DNA of 64,000 nucleotides from the human T2T-CHM13v2.0 reference genome, Homo sapiens (GCF_009914755.1 NC_060945.1), one strand, 5' to 3'; positions 16,463-37,299 are shown, counted from the stretch's first letter. Program-made: numbers and translations. Notes: generated from the letters alone by a model not told the origin.

Positions 16463-18022
16463 AGAATCAGAGCATTAAAGTGGTTCAACTAACACAAGCT
16501 TTAGAAAAAGTGAGCAAGAGGCAGGGGTAGAGAACAGAAGGTAATCATGTAAGAAAATGCCCCAGGTGGGAGGACACTGAAAATCACTGGCTGTGTGGCC
16601 AACTCCCCTCTGGGGCCCACCAAGTCACCTCAGTGGCTTTCACATCGCACACTGGAGCAGAGAAAGTCCTCCAGGCAGAAGGAGAGCCCAGCTGTCACCC
16701 CACGGACCCACGGCAGACAGCTGCAGGTTTCTACAGGAAGCGCGCGGGAAAACCCACAGGAGCAACCAGCTGGAGAGCACACTGTGCAAGGCCTCCCAAG
16801 CTCCGAGGGAAACCGTTTCAACCAGGACTTCTACGCCAAACTAACAACCAGGCCTCAAAGGAGATTAAAGGTATTTCCAGAAAAGCAAAGTCAGAAAACA
16901 CTGACCCTCCTCGCGCCTTTTGGCAGCTACCAGATGACGTGTTCCACTCAAACAAAGCAGTAAGCCATGAGGGACAGATGGGGCCTGGGGAGGCTTCTCT
17001 GCCCGTGGAAGATTTTCCTCATATTATGAAAAAGACTGGAAGGTGCACAACAAACCGCTGACGAAGCCTGACCCTGACCCTGACCCTCTGGAGATTATGG
17101 CCACACTTTTCTTCTTCTCTCAGGTCGCGTGGCTGTGTGTTAATTTGAAGAGCAGGAACAGGAGGCTGTGAATGAAGCCCAATCAGAGAAGAAACATAGA
17201 AGCGGCCAGAAGGTCCATCAGCCATCCTGCCACACCACACAAAGGACCAACACAGACAACACAGGGAAGGACAGCGAAGAGGAAGGTGGTGGTGTGCGGG
17301 CAACAATTCCGCAAGAGGACAGAATCAGACCCTGTGAGGAATCCAAGGCCCTCACTTTGGCAAAATCACTAACAATCCTTCTAACACATTCCTTAGAGAA
17401 AACACGTCTCTCATCACTAAACTGTAAGGCTTCCAGGACCCAATTGCTGGGACACAGAAGCTGTACCCAACAAGCAAAAATGCACTGTGGTAACCCGGGT
17501 GCGGGCGCTCGAGCCTGTGGTCCCAGCTACTTGGGAGGCCAAGGAGGCAGATCGCTTGAGCCCAGGAGTTTGAAACCAGCCTGAAAAATGTAGCAACACC
17601 CCATCTTAAAAAAAAAGAAAGAAAGAAAAAAAGGAAAGAAAAGGAAAAAAAATGCAGCCCATAATGGGATGGACTGAGACCCCTCCAAGAGTCAGAGAAG
17701 CCCCCGTCTACTGTTTCTACCTGAGATCCTGATCCCCGATACCATCGTAGATGCAGCAGCCGCCCTCAGAAGGGAGCCTTCCACACACCCGTGCTAGTTC
17801 ATCCCACAGGCGAACACACACGCACCTACGCACACCCCACACGCAGTCCTGAGTGAGCGGCCGCAGGCGGGGAGCGAGCCGCAGGCAGCTCTAAGATCTA
17901 GTGGACAGCCACAGCCAGCCAGGGGCCAGCGATCCACAGGGGCCAGGTCCAGGAGGCGCCCACCCCACCCTCCCTGCAGGCTCAAGAATCCAGAGGTGAG
18001 TGACGCTGGGCAGAACACTTAC

Positions 18023-18083
18023 CCCAGAGGAGGACAGAAGCAGCCCGGGCTGAGTTGGCACCACGGAGATACGGCTCACAAAC
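18023..18083 (-). CDS. WDR4: WDR4 coding exon 6 (FVSRISVVPTQPGLLLSSSG), 61 nt
   Basis: Overlaps ORF 17891..18079. Acceptor cacag, donor GGG|GTAAGT. Confidence 0.95.
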
Positions 18084-19390
18084 CTGTGAGGGCGAGAGGG
18101 AGCGGCAGAGTCAGCGAGCCCAGCGCCCGCAGGGACCGGGAGGCCTGGGGAGGCCGCCTGTTCATCTAAGGAAGAGAAGCCTCTGCCCTAAACCCCCTGA
18201 TCCAATAAAAACAGCCAACATGGGAAGTAGCTGTTAACCCTAACCTGGTTAGGGTTAACCAGGTGGAGGCCCCTGGACGCAGTCGGGGAGGTGAGTGAGG
18301 TCATTCCTGGGTCCCCAACAGCACAGCAACCTCTAACCCAGGCCGCTCCTCAGCCATGCCTGCCAGAGACCCAAGCGCCTCTGTGCCCCTCTGCAGCCCC
18401 CTCTGCAGCAGCTCTGCTCAGCGGCACCTCTACAGGCCCCCCAGCACCCACCCTGGCCCAAGGCACCTGCACTGTGATGAAAGGAGCCTTGGGGGAGACT
18501 CAAAGACACGGGGGAGACTCAAAGACACAGCACACAGGGAGGAGGGTGGAGGGAGGAGGGCAGCCAAGCCCACAGGTTCCTATCAGGGTCCTGACGGCCC
18601 CTCAGCAACAACTCTGAGTGACCTGGCCAGACAGCTGTCTCTGCTGAGCCCGGCCCAGTCCTCCTGTGAGGGGTTGGCCTGCAAGCACAGGACTCAAAGT
18701 CACAGGGACCCTCCCATCAGAACAGCCATGAAGAATAACCCAAGCAGCCCAGCTCGCCTGGAAACCCATCTTGGCTCGGGCACCTACAAGGGTGACAAGG
18801 CCCCTTTTCTTCCCACTCTAACACAGTGGCCTCAAGCAATCCCTCATGCACGGGGTTCCCGGGGACCCTGGAATGGGGTGGCCCGTGAGCCTCACTCCAT
18901 CTCCACCAGTCATGGCCTCTGCTACCTTGGGCTAGCCATCGCGTGAGCCGGGCCCAGTCCCGCAGCCACCGCCCTGCACGGCACCACAGCACCAACAGCA
19001 GCCCACAGCCCAGGACAGATAGGGCACAGGACGCCCCGTGCAGAGGGCACGAGTGGCCTCACAGTTCTCAACGGTTTGAAAGGCCGGGAAACCAGTTTCC
19101 AGGGGTCTGAAACAAAATCTCAAAACATAATTCGTCCAATCACTGCAGTTATCTACTGAGCACCTACTCATGCCAGGCACCACGCTGAGGGCTGCACACA
19201 CCAACAGGCCCAACAGACCCACAGAACCACTCAGACGCAGCGGGAGACGGCCAGTGAACCAACCGATACTGCAATGTCAGCAAAGGGCACAGAACAGCAC
19301 ATCCAGCAGAAACACACCTCCAGCCACACACAGGGGCCACGGGGCTTTGTTTTCAATTTGCCAGCCACTATGTTGAAAAGTAAACGGGCA

Positions 19391-19824
<434 letters not shown>

Positions 19825-20641
19825 TCAGCAGAAACCTCCCTCACGTGCCTGGCGAGGCAAGGGAGCTGCAGAGACCCCAGCGAGAGATGGTGAAGGGGAG
19901 GGGCCGGGGGGCTGCAGGCCAGAGAACTCCAGAGCTGGATCACTAGCGAACTAAATGCAAGTCAGAAGAAGCTATCCTGAGGCACACACCAGTGACTGGC
20001 CTTCTTAAACAGGAAATGTTTGGATCAAAACCAGGAAAACACAGGCAACCTCGGCACTGAATTTCCTCCCTCCAATTTCTTCCACTGCCTCAAATAATAT
20101 ATTTTAAAACATTTCAGCCAATTACACTAAGCGTTTTTCCTTTGTGTAAATTCTAATGAGCTTTTTGTGTGAGACAGAAGCGGGCATTCAGAAACACCTC
20201 CACATGGGTCCTGGCAGAGTGTGCTGCCACGAGAGACGCCGCCACCTGGCTGCAGAGGCCGCTTAATTCTTGGACAGCTGAAATCACTAAAGTTCATCCT
20301 CGCCCCCAACACCCCCACCACCCACCAGCGAACAACTCCCGGGCATGGTGCAGGGGTCTCCACACTGAGACAGGGGTTTCCCGGAAACAAGCCCTTCCTG
20401 TTCGGTCAGGCCCAATGCCAAGTTACTGGCACAGACTCCGGGTAACAGCGCAGAGTGAACCCCACCCTTTCAGGGCTTCTGCAGGCAGCACCACGGCGCC
20501 TGCAGTGACCAAACACCAAGCACGGGGGCTGCTGTCACCCGCGTGGGGCCTCGCCAGCTACAACGGCACCTGCTGAGCCGCAAGCTGACGCTGTTTTCAA
20601 ACAGACCTTCTTTCTGCTGGAGGGGCAGGAAGGGGCACTCA

Positions 20642-20929
<288 letters not shown>

Positions 20930-21605
20930 TCATTCTCCCTCCCCAGAGGGTCCCTGGCCACCTCTAGCCCTCACTCCTCAGTGCTAGAGCAGGCTTCTGG
21001 GGTGGGGCAGTGCCACCCCTGCCTGCCTGTCTCCCGCACCTTGGCAAATCCAGGCCCCACGCCCATTTCCACCCGCCGCAGGCCTGCTGCACCCTCCTGC
21101 CCAACACTGGGTTGCCTTCCTGTCACACATGTCCCCACACCCATCTGTCACCAAGTCCCAGTGAGGTTCCCTTTGATACCCCACACTCGCCATTGTTCCT
21201 GACTGTCCCTGTGTGCGTCCAATCCCAGCTCCACCACCCGGGCTGTGGGCCTGCGCCCTCTGGGGCTCCAGGTGTGTGTCTGTGACACACGGGGCACACA
21301 GAGTGGGGTGACAGGGGCTGCTGGGAGCAGTGCTGAGGTGATGCTCCTACAGCACCTGGCACAGCTCCCGGCCAAGGAGGCGGAGCCAGAGGCTCGTGGC
21401 TGCACCTGCTCCTCCCACACCTTCACTTCCAACCTGGGGCCACCTACTGGCCACCTCCTGTCTCACTTGCCTTCTTCATTCTCCCTGCTGTCTGCTCCAC
21501 CTTCCTAAATCCTGTTCCCACCACTCCCCTGCTCCCAAATCTGCAGAGGGCTGTCCCTGCTACGGGGGAGCCCCACTCTCCCCACCAAACGCTGGGGCAC
21601 AGACC

Positions 21606-21822
21606 GGGCAGACGTTGATTCAGCCTGTACCCCACATACCATGTCCCCCACGTACTGCGTCTAACAGCATGGACAGGTGCCTGAGCCTTGACAGGGTAGA
21701 CATTGACTCAGCGTATGCCCCACGTGCCACGTCCCCCATGTACCGTGTCCCACACCTGCCATGTCCCCCACCTACCACGTCCCCCACCTACCACATCTAA
21801 CAGCATAGACAGGTGCCCCAGC
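21606..21822. repeat. Degenerate tandem duplication with an internal ~14-bp minisatellite overlapping the WDR4 exon 4 donor
   Basis: Two units each begin gggYagacRttgaYtcagc and end tctaacagcatRgacaggtgcc; internal ccaYgtcccccac repeats. Confidence 0.85.
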
Positions 21823-21948
21823 TCTAGACGGCCACACCCGTGTGGCTCCAGCACCGAAAAGGAGTAGACGTCTCCAGACTTGTCGGCCACCAAGACCTTC
21901 TCCTCCGAGGCTATGAAAGTCAGGGCTGTACACCTCCTTGCCACGGTC
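21792..21948 (-). CDS. WDR4: WDR4 coding exon 4 ([52 protein letters not shown]), 157 nt
   Basis: Within ORF 21708..22226. Acceptor ttctag, donor GTG|GTAGGT. Contains a WD40 GH motif. Confidence 0.96.
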
Positions 21949-22177
21949 CTAGAAGGCCAGAAAGACACCCCCATTAGCTTCCAGGAGCAGCGCAGGGTCC
22001 TCGACAGCCTGGCAGGCCACGTGGGCGGTGGCAGGCACCGGTACCTGGCCATATGCTCTGTTTTCCAGCTGCTGAAGGTGGTGCCAAAAAAATTAAGCAA
22101 TGCTAACAACTGGAACAAAGCCAATGCCTTCGACAAATTTACTTTCACAACGTTTTTCTTTAAGAAAATTGCTCCTA

Positions 22178-22490
<313 letters not shown>

Positions 22491-25401
22491 AGAAAATTGC
22501 TCCTGATGGTGGGATCTAGGTGGTGGATAAATGCGTGACAAAATCCTCAACTTTCCTGTGTGTTTGAAAACTGTCATCAAGAAATGGGGGAATGGTTCCT
22601 TAACCCCAGAGTCTTCATCATGCATCGAGGGAGACAACGGCCCTCTCCATAAACGCTGAGTGTGCTGGGGGCCACTGTCAAGGACAAAGGCAGGCACCAG
22701 TCTCCAGGGCCCCCCAGCCTTGCCGCTCCCCTGACCCACACTGACCCCTGCTGCTCGTTCTGCTGCGTCGAACCAGGAGCCTCAGACAGAGAGCCGTGCC
22801 CCATGCCCTGCAGAGGGATGGAGGGGCCTGGCCACCCTCAGGGCAGGACCCAGCCCAGGGCAGCAGTGAGGCAGCACCCTACCCTCCTCGGGAGGAAGCT
22901 CGGTTATCCAGCGTGTGAGAGGCCTGCGCTCCCCCCAGTCCACATCCACATCAGCACATCCATGAATCCAACCCCGACCCAGAGTCATGGATGCACCAGA
23001 GTTCCGGATGCAGCACGTTTGCACACTGCTTCAGTAAGAACCAAAGTCACAGTTCGCTCCCTCTCCTTCGCCAGGGCTCAGGGCTACACTACTTCCTGGG
23101 GCTCTCATTTCCACATCATTTCTACTGGAATCGTCCCGTATTTATGTCCTCTCCACAAGGCAGGGACCCATATGTTCTATTTTACATAGATATGAGTTGT
23201 AGCACAGCTTCCCACACACGCAGTTAGCCACAGGGCCTCACTACAGAACAGCAGCCAGCCCTGCTTCCCCACCCCCAGGGCTGTGGCAGCACACACTGCC
23301 CAATACGCAGCCAACACCAGGCAGACAAGTACAGGGCGCCCGGCCCACTGCGGCTGGAAATTGAGATGGAAGCTTCAGGAACGCTGTCCTCAATGAGGCC
23401 CCTATGTTTCTCTCAGGGGCAGAGGGACTAAAAGACAGAAAAGGGCAGGCAGGACCTTTGGGCCACACCCCAGGCTGGAAGCAGCATCCCTCCTCCTCCC
23501 TCACAGCTGTGCAGCAGAGCTGCAGAAGGGAGGCAGAAGGGAAGTATAACGGGGTAAACACAGAGAAAACAAGGACAAAGAAAGATAATTACGCTCTGGG
23601 GCAAGATTAATCAGAATTCTCAGGGTGCACTGCAATTTAAACAAACAGCCCTGCACTGCACCAGCGACACAGCCCCCAATGTCCGATGGGCTCATTAAGC
23701 AGCTGCCACAAACACGACCATGGTGGCACAGAGGAGCAGCCCAAGAGGATGCCACAGGGAGGGGGGATGGACTTGGACTCACAGGGCGCTCATCCCCCCA
23801 GCCTGGCTGGAAGGCGTGTGGCACAGATGGCCCCCGACACCGTGCCTCCTGCCCAGCTCAGCAGAGGGCACTGCTCCGCGTCCCTTTGTCCTGCCCCAGC
23901 CGGAGGCTCCCAGCCTCTCCAGCTGGGCTTATCCTGGCACCGATTCTAGGACGCAGCGGAGCCTTACTCGCAGGCTTGGGTGCTAGGATCCAAGGGAGGT
24001 CACAGAATGGGGCAGGTCACTGGACCAATGGCAAGCCGGCCTGTCACCCTAGCTGAGGCACAACCCCGCCCGCCCTCCAACCCCCAGCCTGTGCAGGGTC
24101 TCGGGTCTCGGGTCTCAGCACTCCCTCCACAGTCACTGGGTTCAGGGCCCAGAGACCAGCAGAACCTAGCAAGTAACCACCCATCTCCACACCCTCCGTT
24201 CTCTGCCAGGAGTCGAGTGGCTGAGCCCTGAACTCCCAGACTGAGTTGGCACTGCCCCAAGCCCCCCTCCAGAGAGCCGCCTGGGCAGCCCCAACAGGGC
24301 ACTGAGGACACCAGGCACCATCCACACCCACACTCCAGCAGCCAGGCGCTCTCTCTCCACCCCCTGGGCAGAGCGAATCAGATGGTTCTCTGGCTCTGCC
24401 TTTCCCACATGCTGCCGTGGCTCTCACAGTCGTTTTCGGAAACACAGACTCCACTGGGAGGATTTCTCCCTCATAAACACACATGTCAAAATCAATGTAT
24501 CACTCGTCACCCTGTGTCCTCATCTTCGGCTTGGAAAACCTGGCCTCAGTCCCTCGGGCCAAGAGTCTCCTGACTGCCCAGGTGGCAGGCCCTCCGTCCC
24601 TTGCGGTTCTAAACTGCTACCTGGGAAAGAATCGTTGCTGCCCACAACTTCCATCTTGGCTACGCCTCAAAACCCTTCAACAGGAAGCTTCCCAGCAGCA
24701 GCACAGTAACAAAGCAACCATGGGACAGAGCCTAGGGTCTCGCCCAGCTCAGGGGCATCCTGCAGTGGTGCAGGGCCTCAGTGAAATGCAGAGAGGCTAG
24801 GAGTACATGGAACCTCTAAAACTGAACGGAGGTGGATGTGCTAAGCGTGGGCGGTTTTCTGGGGAGAGGGTGCATCAGATCTAAGAGTCTGAGATCTAAG
24901 AGGCATAAAAAGCCTCCAGGTGTGGGGAGCAGCCCCCATGTTTGCGGACCAGCCACAGGGTGCTGCCTGCCAGCTCAGCATGGTTCCACTCACCCTAGTC
25001 CTCTCCTTGAAAGCAGCTCCTGATAAAACTCACCCTATGCCCCTCTCCCTGCCCCACTCGCATCCCCCAAACCTACTCCTCCTGCCACAATAATCCCCTC
25101 CAATTTCTCACTGAGAGAAAGGGTAACAATTTCACTCCACCCGATGCTGAAAAGTTCACAAACCCACAATTCTAAAGGAATTTTAAAAAGATTATTGAGG
25201 AATTTGCCAAGAGATGTTGAAAGTGGCAGTAACTTCACAACTGTACCCACTGTCCTGCAGTTCAACTAGAGAAAGGGGAGGCAGCAAGGCGTGCCCTACA
25301 CCAAGGTCAGGAGAAACCCCAAGCCACACCATCGAGGCGGGATTTTGTAATCTGCTGCCTGGACTGCATCAAATCACATGGTCCATCTTCCACACCACCT
25401 A

Positions 25402-26050
<649 letters not shown>

Positions 26051-26120
26051 TAGATGCACTGCCCACTCTTGGACTTGTGCTTTTTTTTTTCTTTGTAGAT
26101 ACGAGATCTCACTATGTTGA

Positions 26121-26240
<120 letters not shown>

Positions 26241-28076
26241 TAAAGAGAATCACACCAGCACACAACCTTCAAAAGACGAGTCAACACAGCAAGACATCTC
26301 CCTCTTGGCAAAGCACCTACAACCAAGGATGAAGAGGCCCCCCACCCGCCCAGCCTGCAGCGGTATCTGCATCCACCACGAGTCCCAACTCATGGAGCTC
26401 TCAACCTCAAATGACCTCCTCCAAGAAGCCAACTGCCACAGGCAACCACATTGAGTGGAGAGAATTCTAGATTCCTCCCTCCTCTGGGCCATGCACGATG
26501 CCAGGAGCAGAGGCCCCGTCCCTCTGGAGGAGTCAGAACCCCTGGAGGAGCCCTGGGCCTCCGCGCTTCCATCAGGGTGAAGAAGCTCCACTGTTAGGAA
26601 CCAGGACACAGCGGGCAGGCAGACTGGACATCCCCTCTCTCCCAAGTTCAAAGTGAGACACTACCTCTGGACAGCAAGCTCACATTGAAGTAAGGTGACA
26701 TTCCACCCACGTCTCCATCTTTCTGGCAACCTCAGAACTTCACAGCCGCAGCACTGTCCAGACTTGAAAGAGTCAGCGTCTTCAAGACACGAGTGAGCTC
26801 CCTGCCCGCTCACCCCCACCACCAGCCAGGCCTACGGCACACACGGCCAGACCCAGCCTCCCCTACCCTCTGCAGGCAGTGGCTACTCCTCAAATGGTGT
26901 CTGGTACCAGACATCAAAAGCCTTGGCACAGGGTACACCCTCTGCATAGTGAAGAATTAACCTTGCCTTTGGCCTCATCTCCAAGAGTAGGGGCCTTGGG
27001 CCCCACAGGCAGCCTAAGTACGTGATTTAGGGCAGGGGCCTGGGGCCACAAGGTGTCCACTCCACCTCTGGAGGGGCTGGGAACTAAAAGTCAGCCACCC
27101 CCACAGCATGTGATCAACCCCAAGGAAACCGCTGGACACCAAGGCTTGGGAAGCTTCGCCGTGTCTGTTGTCACACATTGGTGCCAGTAAACCCACACTG
27201 TCCACACCTCTGCTGTCCCAGTTGCTCTGGCTCAAACTTCCCGAAGTTTAAAGGCAGGAAGAGGTACAAGGAAACACTAGCATTTGAGCAGTGGAACAGT
27301 GCAAACAATGTAACAACTCAGCTACAGGGAATGACACAGTGTTGTCAACACTGCCCTGGCGGGGGGGAACAGGCTATAGGCTAGCACATGCCACCACTAC
27401 AGTGTAACACATGCAAATCCTGTAATCCATCTGCAGAGAGGAGGAGGAGGGCCTGGCCCCAGTGCTCATCCCATACTCTGGCTCTGGGTGGTGAAATTCA
27501 GGGTGGTTTTTGTTCTTGCTCTCATTTTGTACTTCTCAGTGGTTTCCAATTTTCTGTACGGACCAAAACCAAAGGATAAAAAAGGCAAAAGGTAGCATGA
27601 GAGGACACCGAACTGTACTCCAGGGGAAGCAGACAAGTGAGAATTCACTCCCAACTTCTACAACCCCACTCACCATAGCTGAACGGGAACCCACACATTC
27701 CACTGTTGTCTAAGTAACTGGATCACGTCTGAGATCCGTGTACACATCGGCACGTGGATCTCAGCTCTGCACTTGTTCTTGACCCCAGGGCTTTGAAGTT
27801 TTGTCAGCTAAGGCAAGGGTATTGGAAAATGCTAATCCAGTCTCAGTGGTTACCGGTGCAGCTCACCTTACACACCTGTGCCACAGAAAGGCCGTGTGAG
27901 AAAGGCCATGTTGAGAGCCACACTTTGGGAGATGGGCTTATTTTGTAAAACTAAAGTGTCCAAATATAAAGAGCTCCTACAAATAAACAACACCCCAATG
28001 GAAAAACATAGGATATGGAAAAAAAAAAAGTTTACAAAACACAAATGATTCTTAAGTATATAAAGAGTTGCTCTTC

Positions 28077-29173
<1,097 letters not shown>

Positions 29174-29280
29174 TTAGATCATTTCATTTTTAACTTTTGG
29201 GAGTCAAAGCCCCCTTTGAGAATCTCATGTGAATTATGAAAGCTCTCTACAGCAGCCAGTGTCCGAAAGGCAAAATGAAC

Positions 29281-29655
29281 TGTTATGTGCTTAACTGAAT
29301 CCTCCAAACCACAACTCCTATGTTGAAGCCCTGACCTACCTAGGACCTCAGAATGTAACTGTATTTGGATAGGACCTTTACAGAGGTGAAACAGAGGTCA
29401 TTGGGATAGCCCTGACCCCATCTGACCAGTGTCCTTTCAGGAACAGGAAATGAGGACATAGACACAAAAGGACGACTCTGTGAGGACATAGGGAGAAGAC
29501 GCCATCAGCAAGCCAAGGAGAGAGGCCTCAGAGGAACCAGCCCTGTCCTGCCAGCCCCTTGATCTTGGTTTTCCAGCCCCTACAACTGTGAGAAAATTGT
29601 TATTTAAGGCCCCTAGTCTGTGGTATCTTGTTGGGCAGCCCAAGCAGACTAGGAC
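29281..29655 (+). mobile_element. MLT1B/MLT1A-like MaLR LTR
   Basis: Characteristic cagaatgtaactgtatttgga ... aagccaaggagagaggcctcaga ... aactgtgagaaaa ... gtctgtggtat motifs. Confidence 0.75.
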
Positions 29656-30342
29656 AACTACTATCTTCTTTCAACACTGAGAGGTGAAAACCTGTCCATC
29701 CCTCCTTCCCACAGGTTGTCCAAGAAACCCAAAGTCAAGGCCAACCTACTAGAAAGCCCCTGCCACCTGCAGAGATCCCTGTGGAGGGGCTCAGAGCAGG
29801 ACACCTCAAGGCCACCTTGAGGCATTCACCCTGAATCCTGAAAACACTTCCCATCTTCTCTATTCTAGGTCCTAAATGACTTACTCATGTGGCTATCTTA
29901 GCAAGAGGATGCCGTTCACAGGCCTTTCAAGATAAAGATGACGCGATCCACAGCAGTCAGGTGGAAGCAGCCATTTATTATCAGTTATAACTCAGACATG
30001 TAGGGACATGCATTTAAAAGTCATTTTCCTACTGGGAAACCATCACTGCCTATGGGAAAGGAGCCAGAAGGTGGGTAAGAAGGGAGACTGACGCATACTC
30101 TTTGGTTTAATTTTGTTGTGTTTTAAGTTTTTAAACCATGTGCATCTATTACCTACCTGATACACAAAGACACAAAAACATATTGTAAATCACATATACA
30201 TAAAAACATATATAGTAAAACCCGTATACACAAAAACACATAGAGTAGAAATGATGCAGCGTTTCAGGGCTTTCTTTTTAACCTGACTGGAAGAGAGGAC
30301 AGAGCAGGCATTCATTGCTTTTGATGCCACCTAGAATTTGGC

Positions 30343-31300
<958 letters not shown>

Positions 31301-31877
31301 AAAGGAGGAATAGGGAAGGCAGAAGAACCTTTCCGGACTTTGCTAAGTAAGAGGGCAAGGCATAGCGATATCTCCCGTTCTTGCCAGAGTTACTGGCCTC
31401 CCCATCCCCACGGATCCACTCCCCATCCACTCTTCAGATACTCAGACATATGTGCACTAAACCCACCTAGCTTAATACTATGGTACAGACCCCTCAACAG
31501 ACCCCAAATCCCTATCACTCTCCAGGGCAGGCTCACAGCCTTGTTCCTGCTAATCACAAGGACAGAGGACTGCCCTGGAAAACAGGGGCACCAACACTGT
31601 AGGTGGAGGGACCAGCAGCAGGGCCCGGCTCTGTCTTCCGAGCCCACTGATCGGAGTCTGCTACCTAACTGTTCACCACCCAGCGTGGGACAGAACAGCA
31701 CCCCTGCACCCTCCCAGAACTGCCGTGAGGATCAGATCAGCCAACACACATGTGGCACTGAAAGTGGTGTCTGGCACTGAACTGCGGCTCCGTGTCAACC
31801 ACTTATCACCCTTATCACCATGTTATGGTCACTATTGCTACAGGCATGCAAGGATAAGGTGTGCATTCGACATCTTA

Positions 31878-32078
<201 letters not shown>

Positions 32079-32427
32079 CTAAGGAAATAAGGCTGCATTC
32101 CTTGTTGGCCAGCGTGGTAATTTCTAACATGGGAGGAGGTAGAAACTGTTAAGGGGATCACGTAGCCAAAATACAGACATATTAAAGGGACATGGGGAAG
32201 TTCAAAACAGCTCTAATTTTATCAGCATGAAGCCTAACTAAACAGAAAATCTCCCAGCATACATGCCAGAACCCAGAGAGCTAAGCTGGAAGAACCCTCA
32301 ATGACACATGGCCCTCTTCCTCATGGGCAAGGACTAACCCAAGGCTAGAGGCAGGGATAAACTCACATTAACAATACTAATAACAGGCCAGGTATGGTAG
32401 CTCAGACCTATAATCTCAGCACTTTGG

Positions 32428-33516
32428 TGTTGCGAGAAGTCAGGGACCCCAAACGGAGGGACCAGCTGAAGCCATGGCAGAAGAATGTGGATTGTGAAGA
32501 TTTCATGGACATTTATTAGTTCCCCAAATTAATACTTTTATAATTTCTTATGCCTGTCTTTACTGCAATCCCTAAACATAAATTGTGAAGATTTCATAGA
32601 CACTTATCACTTCCCCAGTCAATACCCTTGTGATTTCCTATGCCTGTCTTTACTTTAATCTCTTAATCCTGTCAGCCGAGGAGGATGTATGTCACCTCGG
32701 GACCCTGTGATAATTGCGTTGACTGCACAAATTGTAGAGCATGTGTGTTTGAACAATATGAAATCTGGGCACCTTGAAAAAGAATAGGATAACAGCAATG
32801 TTCAGGGAACAAGAGAGATAACCTTAAACTCTGACCGCTGGTGAGCCAGGCGGAACAGAGCCATATTTCTCTTCCTTCAAAAGCAAATGGGAGATATATA
32901 GCTGAATTCTTTTTCTCAGCAAGGAACATCCCTGAGAAAGAGAATGCGCCCCTGAGGGTGGGCCTCTGAAATGGCCCCCTTGGGTGTGGCCGTCTTCTGG
33001 TTGAGACTGTAGGGATGAAATAAGCCCCAGTCTCCCATAGCGCTCCCAGGCTTACTAGGATGAGGAGATTCCCGCCTAATAAATTTTGGTCAGACCGGTT
33101 ACTCTCAAACCCTGTCTCCTGATAAGATGTTATCAATGACAATGGTGCCCGAAACTTATTAGCAATTTTAATTTTGCCCCGGTCCTGTGGTCCTGCAATC
33201 TCGCCCTGCCTCCATTTGCCTCGTGATATTCTATTACCTTGTGAAGCACGTGATCTCTGTGACCCACACCTATTCGTACACTCCCTCCCCTTCTGAAAAT
33301 CCCTAATAAAAACTTGCTGGTTTTACGGCTCAGGAGGCATCACGGAACCTACCGACATGTGATGTCTCCCCCGGACGCCCAGCTTTAAAATTTCTCTCTT
33401 TTGTACTCTGTCCCTTTATTTCTCAAACCGGCCGACGCTTAGGGAAAATTGAAAAGAACCTACGTGAAATATCGGGGGTGAATTTTGCCCAATATCTGGC
33501 TGAATTTCCCCCAATA
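32428..33516 (+). mobile_element. MER11 (B/C-like) solo LTR of HERV-K11/HML-8, antisense in WDR4 intron 2
   Basis: Begins TGTTGCGAGAAGTCAGGGACCCC, with the repeated TTGTGAAGATTTCAT blocks typical of MER11. AATAAA at about 33305. Length 1089 bp. 6-bp TSD CTTTGG at 32422-32427 and 33517-33522. No internal retroviral sequence. Confidence 0.88.
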
Positions 33517-36519
<3,003 letters not shown>

Positions 36520-37299
36520 TCACCTACCTGAAAGTGTTCCCATGACCCCAGGCACTTACCAACATAAGAATCACCCATTTTCCATACTGAACCTAAACTT
36601 CGGTTTATCCCATCCTCACCCCCTGGCACGTATCTTGTACATATTTATAGCCTTTAAAGCGAGTGCACCAAAAAACTTTCCATATGGAACCGTGGACTTG
36701 TCTTCCAAGTCAGAAACTCCACCAGCCACTAGAATTTCCTCAAAATGCAAAGACTGAAGGTAAGCAAATCATGTCTAATATATCCACAGCTCACTCTGGC
36801 AGATATTAGACCGTGAGTCTCTAAAACAAAATCATCTGGGATATGTGACGGGTTTCTGAGTACAATTTTTGTGAGACCTAACTTAACATCGAATTGGCTT
36901 TCTAAAACCAAACGAACAAAAAATATACAGTATATCTGACAGACACGTCGTCCGTTTCAAATATGAAATCACAAATAACCTGGGAAAGGAAACGAGGGGC
37001 TGAAACTGACAGCACTACTAATTGCTCCGAGAGTCCTGAGTTAGGACTGTTCCATCAACAAACATTTACTAAGTTAAAAATCCCCTGCGTCGTCCTAGCA
37101 CTGGCGATACACTAAGGAAGGAGAATAAAATTACGGAAAGCAAAACCCGAGCCGTGCGAAGGGCCACTAGGGAGGTGCGCACTGCGAGCTCCACGTGCAC
37201 CCTTGGGTTGGGTAAGTGTCGGAGATAACTTGGAGCCCTAAGGAGCAATTAAGGCCAGGTGAGTGGATGCAGGCCGGGAAGAGGGAACAGACAACCCTG

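Noticed and set aside
32672-33142. 156-aa ORF inside the LTR as a retroviral gene
   Set aside because: Antisense to a solo LTR, with no gag/pol/env motifs.
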